Below are positions 1 through 11,201 of a stretch of DNA of 64,000 nucleotides, one piece after another. Under the pieces are notes generated by a model. That model had not been told where the DNA came from and ran no database searches. It saw only the letters and a list, made by a program, of their open reading frames with translations. The DNA lies in contig NC_134034.1 of assembly GCF_964204645.1 (NCBI RefSeq), forward strand, positions 6,670,914 to 6,734,913, read 5' to 3'. The position numbers and the translations under genes were made by a program. The DNA is from Tubulanus polymorphus. Its lineage: Eukaryota > Animalia > Nemertea. The number at the start of each line of letters is the position of its first letter. The stretch's first letter is position 1.

Positions 1-1763
1 TTGAATGTCAACTTCAAGCAAACTGGCTAAAGCGGTAGCCTGTTGAAACCATAATAGGTAGTAGGAGTCGAGATTTGATCGATATTTCTCGATAGTATCA
101 CGGACAGCTTTTAAGCACAAATATGCACGATTGGAATCCTGGTTCGCGTACTGCAACTTTACGGTCAGACTAGTAGTCACACTCAGACATTCACGTGTCA
201 AGATATAAGCGGCAATGAACGGAAAATTGGTAATCGCATGGTAGAGCCCATTTGCTTTTACCACAGAATCTGGATTCCAATGCTTTTCTGCATTCATACT
301 TATCAAATCCAGGGTTTCAACGACAGCCACCACTATATCCGAAAACACCTCCATTACATCTAGGCGTTGGACCCATCTAGTTTGACAAATGTCCAACAGC
401 TTTGAGCGCTTACTTTCAGGGCACAGTACCTTGATCTTTTCAGAGAGTGCACCTTGTCGTTTTGGGGAATTTGAAAAAAATCTCGACAATTCCCCCAAAG
501 TGTCCATCATGTTTTTCACCTGTGCAACTGATCCAGTTTTCGTGACGCAGAGATTAAGATGACGAGATGCACAGTGTACATATTTCACTTTGGGATACTG
601 TGTTTTAATGCGAGTTGACGCACCCTTACATACACCAGACATATTTCCAGCCCCGTCAAAACATTGTCCTCAACAATCTTTCATGTCAAGGCCAAGGCCT
701 TCAACTGTTTCTATCAATAGTCGGGCTATTTCTTCCCCTGATGTACCAGAATCACACCAAATAAACTGCAGGAAAGATTCGTGAACTCCACCATTTGAAT
801 CAACATATCTCAGAATGAGAGGCATCTGTTCTATGTTGCTACAATCCGATGCCTCATCAGCTAAAATTGAGAAGTAACGGTTCATTTTTTTGTCATCTAT
901 AATTGTTTTTTAAATCCATTCTTTCAAACAGTCAATCAGTTCATTCTGAATGGTTTTAGAACGATATGTACTTGTTTTTGAACACTTTTTAAAATGCTCC
1001 GTCAGTGTTGCATCACCAGCATCGCATCGAAACTCCAATAACTTTTGGAAATTACCGGAATTACTTTCTAAATCCAGATGTTTCGAGTTATCACGGTGTC
1101 CACGCAATGGGATATTTTGATTCCCAAGAAATATGACAAAATATTTTCAAAATGGATTTCAGAATTTTGCGATTTTCAGCAATTCGTTTTTGATTTGTTG
1201 TACTCGTTAAATTGTTGACTCCAAGGGTTTGGGATTCCATTACACTGAGAAACATTTTCTCACAGCAAACTGTATCATGATGTACTTTAGAGTTATCCCT
1301 ATGGGATGTAAATCTAGAACTTGCGCATGTCCAGTCAATAAAGGGAGTCGAAACTAAACGTTCTAACTTGGCATCGTTTTTTTCTAATGTGCGACCAAAG
1401 AAAACACATGGTCGACAGAAAGCACCTGATAGTTCCTCGGAATATGCCAACCAATGGAATTGTTTGAGCCAATCAGCATTAAATGATCGGTTTTTTAGGC
1501 CATATATGTCCGTTTTGGGAAATTTATACTTTTCTGTCGGCACCCACAAGTTACATAAAGCATTGTACTTTTCAGCATCTTTCATTGTCCTTGTTTTGCC
1601 AATTAACAATCCAATATCTGGAAACAAAACAACAGATAAAGTCAAATTCTGTACATGCACACATTCAAACAAGCAAAACAGAACTTACAAATATTCCTGG
1701 AAAGCTCCATAACACGCAATATTTGGCAACCATTCATTGGCCTATAAAAGATATAACTTAATC

Positions 1764-1846
1764 CAGGGGCGGATTAAGGGGATACGCCGCAATCTTGCCA
1801 AAAATTTCTCCAAACGTTTCTTCAGAATAGATAATGGATCCCCCTG
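1764..1846. mobile_element. Tiny hAT-like MITE remnant inside a transposase intron
   Basis: CAGGGGCGGATT...GGATCCCCCTG inverted ends resemble the TIR at 3012. Confidence 0.35.
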
Positions 1847-2020
1847 TTGACACATGCAGAGAATTAAATAAGAAAATTATCGCATACAAACGTACCCATC
1901 ATATTATTTGATGATGATCATTCGATGAAATCTGGGGTACCGGTACACTATCAGTTGGTACAATTACTGGAGTTTCAATCATCACTGCATTAGATGGTGG
2001 TGTAATTGATTCCCTGTCCA

Positions 2021-2160
2021 TGATGTCAGAACTGGATGTCGTGGTTGTTTCGACGATATCATGTGGATGGTCACCGGCTTCAGCACTCTCTGTGATGTCA
2101 GAACTGGATGTTGTGGTTGTTTCGACGATATCATTCGGATGGTCACCAGTGGCAGCATTA
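2021..2160 (-). repeat. 72-bp (24-aa) tandem duplication in transposase exon 2
   Basis: GDHPNDIVETTTTSSSDI / GDHPHDIVETTTTSSSDI. Confidence 0.85.
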
Positions 2161-3302
2161 GAGTGATTAACTGGTTCCGCTGAACCACCACTGAAAAATA
2201 GAAAAACAAGTTGCATAAATATTCATTTAAATGTGCCCTTTTCTGACTTTACTACGCCAGGCCCAGGCTGCCCCCAGGATTAATGTTGCCTTTTTGCTGG
2301 AAAGTGCCCTTTTTATACTGAACTTGCCCCTAACAAGAGCTATGTATGTGCATATATTATCTTTGTGAATGCATGCAGGCCTAGACCTTTTAAGATGCCT
2401 CCGGGGGTGGATTCTTGAGTTTGACTCTTTGACTTTGACATTTGTTACGCTAGCCTAGAGGCCTATAAATTGCCTCTGTTTACGGCTGTTTGTTTGACCT
2501 AGAGACAGCTCATTAATCATAAACAGTGTTGTCCAACAAATGTTAAAGTTCTAACCTGAACAACGTAAATAAGGTTTTGCAGCGCTTTGCATCATCTTTT
2601 AGTAATTTTTCTCGGTCACGCTTTCTCCGTGCTGCCGATGGCATTTTTCATGTTGTGAATGATTCTCCACACAGGGCGCGATGCATTAACTATTACCGTT
2701 ACTGCGGACATCGGCAACGGAAAACTGCGGACATCGGCATCGGAAGTTTTGATAACGACTCTCAGTTCATGCGGGTTGTAATGTGCCGGCCTAGGGTTAC
2801 AGATCGTTATCTCCAGTGCCCCCCCCCCCCCCACACGAAAACTCATCGGAAAAGGTTCACTTCGAATCACGATTATAATCTATATGCTACTTTGCTATAG
2901 TAGATTTTTTTACTATCACTTAGAAATAAAAAATGCGTTCCTTTAAGAGGAGCACTCGGGATTTTTTTACTGCCTTCCGGAAGGCATGGAAGGCACCCTG
3001 GATCCGCCCCTGTTAGAAACAGACGTAAGAGTGATTGATCTCGGAATAGAAGTCGAACCTCGGGTGACATCGTTTTTAATCTATGCGCAATTTCAACATT
3101 TTGCCACCCGTTTCTACTTCCGGTTTCGCGGGAGCGCCATGCTGTTTTCTTAGCGGCTCTTCCCGCCTTATATATTTAATAATTATCATTCAACGTAATT
3201 GATTTCCGTCTCATTGTAATTTTCATTCACGAAAATTAATAATCTATACTAAAAATCGTATAAATAATTAACCCTTCATTTCAGCTTATTTTAGGGTTTA
3301 AC

Positions 3303-4990
3303 ATGTCGGATCACGACGTCTCCAGTTCCCCTAGGGGACTGAGATTTAAACGTAGGGGCAAGGTTGATACACCTACTAAGACCCCAGCGTCCTCATCGGG
3401 CAAGGTTGATACACCTGAATTCCCGGATACTCGGAAACAGTGCAATGATCCGGGACGATCGGTGTCTAGGTCCAGGTCTCGATCGAGATTTAGTCGGTCC
3501 GACTCTTCGTCTTCTACTAGACGTAGGCACCAGCGCTCTAATAAAAAACGACGTCGTTCACCGTCCGACCCCACCTCTGGGTCAAGGTCTCGTTCTAGGT
3601 CCCGTTCTAGAGTAAGTCGAACCTATTCTCCGTCACCTACCAGGCGTAGGCGCAAGCGTGCTCATAAGCAACAACGTCGTCGCTCACGTTCTAGATCACC
3701 GGCTGATAAGCCGTCTGACTAGTGACATCAAGAATATGCTAGCGATATTCTCGCAGGAGATCGCTTCCCTTAAGGAACAGCTAAAAGGTAAGGAACCCCC
3801 GGGCCCCAAGCCTCCATCAGTGCCAACAGGGCCGTCCTGCAACCCAATAGATGGGTTAGTGTTGGATGATGTCAACGATTTTTCTGACGAGGAAAAATCT
3901 CGTGATCCAGAAGATCCTGGTCTATCCAGGGACGGAGACATGCACAGATCGTGCACTCCGTCACCATCCACAATGGAAGAGACGGGAGACATTCCATTCA
4001 AGGACTTAGTAAAAGAAGTTTTCTCCCGATACGGAGGTACCAAGGCCAAACCTAAACCAACCCAGCCTAGAGTGTCGGCCGCCAAAATCTTCAGTCCATC
4101 CGATGACACCGAAGAGTTAGTTTTGGCACCACATTCTGCATATAGAGAAGAATGGCGTGAGACTTTGGACACGACACTGTGGGGTGGTAAGCGTACAGAC
4201 AATACTTGGTCTTATCCTCCATTAGAGGCAGGCATGAAGGATTCAAAATTTTTCTCTCCGTTGTACACGCCCATTTCGGGGTACAAGACTTATTATTACG
4301 CCACACCAGGTGCTGATGACCCCGGATTCAAACCACACTGCGAGTTAGACTCCGATGGGTCAACCACGATAGGACTACCCAAAAAACCACCGCCCACCTA
4401 CACTTTACCAAAACAAGCAATGGGAGCGTTGAACCAATTAGCTCGAAGCATTTGTCAAATCGCGTCTTTCCAAGACATTTCACTGGTTGCCATGCACGGC
4501 GAGTTAGAAAAAGTAAAGTCTCAACTGGTCTAGGATAATCCGGATCCAGAGACAATGTCCGAACACGTGGTGACCATAGAGAGAATTCTAGTCTATGGCC
4601 AAGGCGTTGTGTCACCAAGTACCTTTGGGTATAAGGATCCAGGCTAACCTAGCCTTGATCAATAGATATAGCTTGTTGGCCGACTCCAAACTTCCAGAAC
4701 CGGTGAAAGTAGCTCTATACCGAGCACCGCTGGGCAATTCCTCACGGGTTTTCTCTGGATGCTGCGCATCCGCCGATGCGGAGGCAACCAAGATCAGAGA
4801 ATCTCAGGCTAAGGCCGGTAGGCAGTCATGGAAGACACCAAAAGAGCCTAGTTATTACGCCGGCAACTCTACTTACAGAAACTCACCGGCAAATCAGCCC
4901 GCATACAATCAAACTCAAGTCAACAGCAAATTAAGCTACAAAAAAAGCGGGTTGGACAAACTCCAAGGGAGCTCAAAGCGACAACAATAA
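3303..4990 (+). pseudogene. DIRS gag-like ORF1 with RS-rich N-terminus, broken into three pieces
   Basis: ORFs 3303-3722, 3658-4533 and 4595-4990 lie directly upstream of RT; called from position and composition. Confidence 0.65.
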
Positions 4991-5028
4991 CAATTTTAAC
5001 TATATCAGTTATTCTCAAAGTTCTTACA

Positions 5029-7105
5029 GTGACAATCCCCAAAGGGGTAGGGCTAGATTACGTAGGGGCTTCAATCTACCCTTTCGTGGCCGCGCCAACA
5101 CAGGTACCCGTTGAAGATATCAGGCCAGTGGGCTCTTGCCTTCAAGACGCCTCTTCCCACTGGCTAGAAAAAATTGGCGACATTTGGGCTACAAAGATCG
5201 TTTCCAAAGGATACCGACTGAAATTCGTTCACAAACCGCATCTATCTCATCAGCCGGTGGAAATGAGGCCAAAGTGGGGGCAGGAGTCCCACGTTATGCC
5301 AGCGATCAACGAGATGATTTTAAAAAGATCGCTGGAAGAAATCCCTCTAGGCTCCCCGGGATGGTACTGAAGAATTTGTACCGTCCCAGAATCATCTGGG
5401 GGCTTAAGAACGGTAATAGATCTGTCAGCTCTTAATCGTTCATAGCCCCAAAATTCAAGCTAACAACACCCAAGGAGGTGATTCAGGGGCTGGAGCCAGG
5501 CCAATGGGCAGCATCCATAGATCTGAAGGATGCATACCTACAAGTACCAATACACAGGAACTCAAGAAAGTATTTAAGAGTTCATTGGAGGGGAAGAACA
5601 TACCAATTTCGGTCTCTGCCCTTCGGCCTGAGTTCAGCCCCTTGGGTCTACACCAAACTTGTCAAAAGGGTTCAGAAACACCTTCAGTCGAAGGGAGTTC
5701 GCATTTTCTGTTACCTGGACGATTGGCTGGTTGTGGCAAATTCGAAAGCAGAGTGCAAGGAAGCCTTAGACAAGACACTGGCCTTGATCCGTCAATTAGG
5801 TTTCATAGTGAATTTAGAGAAGTCCCAGTTGACCCCCTCTCAAAGGTTCACGTACCTAGGTATGCACTTCGACCTGACGCAGGCCTTAGTCAGACCAGCA
5901 CAGGCCAGAGTTCAGAAGCTGAGGGAGGCAGTTCTCGGTCTCCTAACGGGGGCGCCCAGATCGGCTCGCTCATGGTCCCAGGTTTTGGGCCAGATGAGTT
6001 CCGTTACACTCGTAGTTCCGCTCGGTCGTTTACACAGCCGTTCTCTTCAAAGATTCTGGAAGTAAGCTTGTAGATCGGCAGGGGAAGAGTGGGATGCCTT
6101 ATTGCCGGTACCACCGGTGAACCTAATCCCCGACCTCGAGTGGTGGACTCTCGCGCAGAACTTGACAAGAGGCACCTCCCTAGCACCATTGAAGGCCCCG
6201 ATTCATCTATTCACGGATGCCAGCCATCAGGGCTGGGGAGCACATGTAGAAGGTTTTCAGAAAGCCGGGAACTGGTCTCGAGCAGAAGCTCATCTCAAAA
6301 GGAGGTTAGGGGGTCATCATGTGTGGCTGTCAACGGACAGCTCCACAGTACAGGCTTATTTGCTCAAGCAGGGGGGGACCAGGTCCCCAACATTATCCAA
6401 CTTATCAGCTCAGATTCTGACCTGGGTCCAGGCTCAAGGGATGATTCTTTCGGTATCCCACCTGGCCGGCAGCCTGAATGTGGTGGCCGACGCTCTGTCT
6501 CGCCAAGACAAGCCAGTAGCCACCGAGTGGACATTGGCAGTCAGGGTAGCCAATCAAGTCCGGGCCCTGATGGGAAGTCCGAACGTGGACCTGTTTGCCA
6601 CTCGCTTCAACACGAGGTGTCCGGTGTTTGTGTCCCCATTTCAAGACGACTTGGCGTGGGGAGTGGACGCTCTATCTCTGAGTTGGGACAACCTGCTAGC
6701 TTATGCCTGTCCCTCACTCCCCTACTCAATCGAGTGTTGGAGAAGATAGAGTGGGCAGTCAACTGCCAAGTGGACTTAGTGGCTCCCTGTTGGCCGACTC
6801 AGATATGGTTCGTCAGACTCCTTCATCTACTGGTGGACTTCCCTCGCACTCTGCCCAATTACCCCGGGTTACTGTCCCAGGGACGATTCAAGTTACACCC
6901 AAATCAATTCCAATTGAATCTACACGCCTGGCCATTGTCAAGCGACAGCTTTCAAACCAAGGAATTTCTTCGGGGGCAGCCAGATTTATCGTGGAATCCA
7001 AACGTCCCTCTACCGGAGCATTGTACGATTCCAAATGGGAATGTTACTCCGATTGGTGTAATAGGAGAGCGGTGGATTCTCTCCACCCCTCTGTGTCAGA
7101 GTTAA
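5029..7105 (+). pseudogene. DIRS pol: reverse transcriptase, RNase H, methyltransferase-like domain
   Basis: IDLKDAY, LPFGLSSAP, YLDDWL; LFTDAS.GWGA, QGGTRS, NVVADALSR; VDLFATRFN, VDAL..SW, LVAPCWPTQIWF. Stops at 5368 and 6063, frameshifts near 5440 and 6712. Confidence 0.92.
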
Positions 7106-8046
7106 TAGATTTTTTCTATGTCCTTTTCGAAGAGAAGAATAGACAGGTTATAACCATTAAAGGTTACAGATCAGGAATAGGGCATACTTTTCGTTCAGCG
7201 GGCGTCCCTGTAGTGACGGAGGATGTGAAAATAGCTCAATTGATATCAGGTTTTGGGGTTAAGAGACGCAAACAGGTTTCAGATACCCCGCCATGGGACT
7301 TAACAGTGGTTCTTAGAGCACTTATGATCACTCCCTTCGAGCCTATCCGCAATACTACCCTGTCAGACTTATCTAAGAATACGTTGTTCTTACTGTTCTT
7401 AGCGATGGCCGCGAGGCGTTCAGAGGTTCATGCTTTATCGATGCGTCCGGGTCATATTTCCTTTGGTCCACAAGATAGGTTTGTCATTTTAAGGCCTGGT
7501 CTTAGTTTCATTGCCAAGAATCAAACGGCTTCCGTAGCAGCCAGATCTTGGAAGATCGAGGCTTTGACGCATAGGGTATCTCACGATCTTCCTGATAGGT
7601 CGCTCTGTCCAGTAATAGCTTTAAAGGAGTACCTAGAGAGGACACTTCCCCACAGACAAGATATGGAGAGGCTCTTTATTCCTCTCCGACAAGGGGATAA
7701 GAGAGATATCTCAAGGGACACAATCGCTAGATGGATTGTATCTTTAATTAAAGAAACTCTGCATTCTCAGGGGGCCCAGGCTCCGCTCGGGATACACTCT
7801 CATCAGGTAAGGGCATTAGCCACATCCTGGTCATTATTCACGGGGGCTTCCTTGGAACAGGTTTGTCGTTCAGCCTTCTGGACGTCTCCATCTACCTTCT
7901 CGTCATTTTATTTGAAGGACGTTTCTGGACAGTTAGGCTCACTGTCCACGTTGGGTCCAATTGTTACTGCACAACGAATAAGCCTACACAAACCCAAAAA
8001 ACATCGGGCCCAGTTAGACCTTTTTAAACCAGGTCCTGGGGATTAA
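6703..8046 (+). CDS. DIRS tyrosine recombinase, uninterrupted ORF
   Basis: RRSEVHAL (R), FIAKNQ (K), LCPV, HQVR (HxxR), W, FSSFYL (Y). Confidence 0.92.
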   Translation: MPVPHSPTQSSVGEDRVGSQLPSGLSGSLLADSDMVRQTPSSTGGLPSHSAQLPRVTVPGTIQVTPKSIPIESTRLAIVKRQLSNQGISSGAARFIVESKRPSTGALYDSKWECYSDWCNRRAVDSLHPSVSELIDFFYVLFEEKNRQVITIKGYRSGIGHTFRSAGVPVVTEDVKIAQLISGFGVKRRKQVSDTPPWDLTVVLRALMITPFEPIRNTTLSDLSKNTLFLLFLAMAARRSEVHALSMRPGHISFGPQDRFVILRPGLSFIAKNQTASVAARSWKIEALTHRVSHDLPDRSLCPVIALKEYLERTLPHRQDMERLFIPLRQGDKRDISRDTIARWIVSLIKETLHSQGAQAPLGIHSHQVRALATSWSLFTGASLEQVCRSAFWTSPSTFSSFYLKDVSGQLGSLSTLGPIVTAQRISLHKPKKHRAQLDLFKPGPGD

Positions 8047-8534
8047 AGGGTTTCTTCTGTATTCAGCTATAAGAAAGTTGATGTATATAAGTTGTGGGCC
8101 TAGGTTACCTTAAGACAGTTAGTGGTAAGGGTTCCTTTTGTTATAGGTATTAAGCTTAGACATGAATCATGATTTCATTTATATAGCCTGGGCAAGGCTG
8201 CGTCTAGAGTTTAAGTTTTTTTACCTACTGGTTTAGGTTAATATCGAGGTAATGGCAGTCATTGCCTTACTAAGGTATCCGGGAGTCAGTTGACACCGGG
8301 TTGTTTGATTTCCTTTTTTCGACTCAAACGTAACGGGGTCATAATAGGCATGTTATATCTACCAGTACAGTTAGGAACTGAAATGGAAGCAGCACGGTAG
8401 CTCCCTGATTTTTGGTTTTCCACTGGCTCACCTGGGGTTTGTTGCGGTTTTCTGCAGAGAGTTTTAGGGTGAGTGTAAGTGTAGAGAATTTAAATCGATT
8501 TTTGGTCGCCTCCCTCCTCCATTCTTTGGGATTC

Positions 8535-8841
8535 TGGCTATAGTGTATTTTCCCAGGGAATGTATTCGAATTGAATATTACAATTTTGTTCAAAAATTGG
8601 TATTTACGAGGAATACTTACCTGGGAAAATACACGGGTATTCCCACCCAGCCGTCCCCCAGGCGATTGAGGGATTATTGGCGCAAAAAGATGATGGCGTC
8701 TCGCCAGATGGCGCTATGTTACGGCGCCCCTACCAAAAGTCGATTCGGGCGTTATCTGCCTAGCCAAAAGCAATATGGCTATAGTGTATTTTCCCAGGTA
8801 AGTATTCCTCGTAAATACCAATTTTTGAACAAAATTGTAAT
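8535..8841. repeat. DIRS ICR and right terminal repeat
   Basis: 58-bp perfect inverted repeat 8577-8634 / 8784-8841; direct repeat TGGCTATAGTGTATTTTCCCAGG at 8535 and 8776. Confidence 0.9.
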
Positions 8842-8849
8842 GTTTTCCT

Positions 8850-9682
8850 AATTGTAATTGACTTGAATCATTATCAATTTGTTGAATATCTCTTCTCGAT
8901 GTTTCTGGTGTTGAAGATCTTAATTGATCTAATCGATCTCCATACTCTTCCATTTCTGGATCAACATAAGTAGGATTTGAATTTGGATTTTTAAATGGTG
9001 AATATTTGTTAATATCAATACCAACATTTGGTTCTTCTTCATTTATTCTATCGAGTGCATTCCATATAATTCTGAGAAATTCTGTGCCACCTTTTGAATG
9101 TTCAATTGTAGATATGCTAACATTTCAGGTTCAAAAATATTTTCTTCACCCATTCTAGATAATTGTATTGATGCAGTTTTGTTATTTAATTCAACATTAT
9201 ATAAACCCATGCATCATTTTTAAATTCTAAATTATTCATGAAAAATGGGTAATCTTTTAAAATTTGCATTACAACACCTTCTGAATCAATTTCATCTATT
9301 ACATCTTTTGGTAATGATTCGTTAACAATTGTATCTATTACTCTACTTTTCATTCCATAGAATTGCCTTTTCAAATAAGGATGTGGTATTTAATAATTTA
9401 TTCATTAAATCTTTTCTAAATGTTACGGGTTTAATAACTTCCCATTCGGGAGCTGCCAAATATTCTTCAAATTCTTCACGCGTTTCGTAATCAATTACAC
9501 CATCATCTTCATCAGCTAAACAAGAAGTATAAGATGGATCATCATCTTCATCATTATTTAAATTATTATTATATGGTGCTCCATCATCATTATTGATACT
9601 AGTATCAGGAAAATTAAGTTGTGGTTCATCAGTTATACCGGGGGGCGTCACCAAAATTATCCAATGGAATTTCTTCATCCAT
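8850..9682 (-). pseudogene. Acidic Polinton protein of unknown function, frameshifted and cut by the DIRS end
   Basis: Probable true start MDEEIPLDNFGD at 9682 (TAAATG); pieces 9343-9678, 9186-9374, 8850-8953. Confidence 0.5.
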
Positions 9683-9699
9683 TTATATAAATAAAAAAT

Positions 9700-11098
9700 T
9701 TAAATTGAAAATATAATATTCCTCCAATTACAATTCCTATACAAGTTATAGCTAATTTAGTATTTTCATGGGATTTATTATCATTATTAGTTTTAATTAT
9801 TTTATGTTGAATAATATCAGTTTTTATATTTTCTGATGTATTGTAATCTTTTATTTTAGAATCATTATTTAATTTAATATTCTTAGTTTTAGTTTCTGTT
9901 GATTGAATATGTTTTTTAATTTTTTTACCTTCCGTTAATTTTGGAGCAGTGATAATCTTTTAATTTATGTCATTTAATCCAAATGAATTATTTATTGTAG
10001 CAGTTTTAATTAGATTATTATAACCAATTATATTTCCCATTTTTAAAACTAAATCATTAGAAATAATTAATAAATTAGGGCCTATACAATAATATAATCT
10101 AATATGTGACTTATCTAAATAATTTTTGTACCTGACTATATTTTCTGGAATCGATCTATTTTTATCATTGTGAATGGAATCTTCAAATAATACTTTAAAT
10201 TGTTTTTGTGTATCAAATGATGTATTTAAATTTCCAATTATTGGGGACTTGTTTCAACTTGAGCACCTAGAATACATATCAAATAAGTTCTAATTGATTG
10301 ATTTATTCTTTGTATACCAGCTTTAGTAAAACCTTCACTATTTTCTAAAATAAAATTAATCCAACCATCATTATTTTGTTATTGTTTGATATAAATATAA
10401 TATTTTGGTATTTCATTCCATTTAAACGTTTTTGAGTTAATATTTTTTATTGTTTTTCTATATTCTTTAGTATAAGGGACAGCAAAACCTCCGATTTGAA
10501 ATGGTGAATTATTCATTGCATCCATAGCTTTCTCTACTTTAGATAAATCTCCCCCTGTAATTGTTCCCATTTTTGATCTAAAATCAGAATTATTTATATC
10601 CATATTAAATTCATTACATATCTTATAAAACTTTGATAAATTAATACTTTTTTCTAATTCTTTAAAATATCTAGATCCTGGTAAAGGACACTCTAATTCA
10701 TTTAATATTAATCTTATTTGAAAGTATGTATGAAATCTAAAGAGTGAAAATATTAATGGTAAACTTGGTTCATTTAAATGATTATTCCAACTTATACCAC
10801 ACCCTGTTGTTGCACAATAAACTGCAAAATTTACTTGTTTTTGCCAGAATTGCATATTTGATTTTAACATCCATAATTTGGCTTTACTTAATTCTTTTTT
10901 AAAATTAATTTCATAAACATTGAATATATTTTCCATCTTTACATTAAAATTATAACTTTCAGTAACATAAATATCTAAATTAATTAATGAATCTAAAACT
11001 TCATTTCTATATGAAATATCTTTATTAAAATCTATTGCAGGAATATTATATTTAATTGATTTATCATATTGAAAAGCTTTTGGAAAACTAATTGCCAT
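9700..11098 (-). pseudogene. Conserved Polinton-lineage protein of unknown function with a C-terminal hydrophobic tail
   Basis: WQKQVNFAVYCATTGCGIS, FRFHTYFQIRLIL; after the stop at 10379, GFTKAGIQRINQSIRTY..ILGAQ; tail LAITCIGIVIGGILYF. Family recalled from invertebrate Polintons, not searched. Confidence 0.6.
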
Positions 11099-11201
11099 TT
11101 ATATAATAAAAAAATTAATAATTAATAAATTCTTTTAATAATTTATCCTGCTCTTCAACTGTTATGTTACCATTTAAACTTATTATATAATCTAATGTAT
11201 T

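Larger units (their letters stand above)
1..2644 (-). pseudogene. Spliced, disrupted hAT transposase (TTF-type zinc finger, DUF4371-like region, DDE core)
   Basis: Exon 1 2644-2556 MPSAARRKRDREKLLKDDAKRCKTLFTLF with GT donor; exon 2 from 2190 in frame; exon 3 from 1617 (DIGLL...FNADWLKQFHWLAYS..GAFCRPC); RGHRD..GNF..LL; YFSILADEASD; C*GQCFDGAGNMSG; YVHCASRHLNL; ICQTRWV. Frameshifts near 1100 and 900, stop at 670. Confidence 0.85.
1..3012 (-). mobile_element. hAT DNA transposon (ZMYM1/THAP12-like transposase family); 5' end at 3012, 3' part runs out of the window
   Basis: Minus-strand terminus reads CAGGGGCGGATCCAGGGTGCC from 3012, a typical hAT-type TIR start; transposase motifs follow. Confidence 0.8.
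3013..8846 (+). mobile_element. DIRS1-like tyrosine-recombinase retrotransposon; left terminus missing from the window
   Basis: gag-like, RT/RNase H/MTase-like and YR ORFs in canonical overlapping order; internal complementary region (ICR) and 3' inverted terminus. Confidence 0.93.
8847..11190 (-). mobile_element. Polinton/adintovirus-like remnant A
   Basis: Intronless, very AT-rich tandem ORFs with the same T-run/ATAAATG start cassette as remnants C and D. Confidence 0.7.

Noticed and set aside
1-2644. Host THAP12/ZMYM1 gene
   Set aside because: TIR present with stops and frameshifts, so it is a transposon copy; no gene symbol assigned
3311-6644. Antisense and alternative-frame ORFs within the DIRS element
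   Set aside because: Shadow ORFs of GC-richer coding sequence
11168-11176. Additional TAAATG start
   Set aside because: No T run, and it appears to lie inside the C-terminal codons of a truncated upstream ORF
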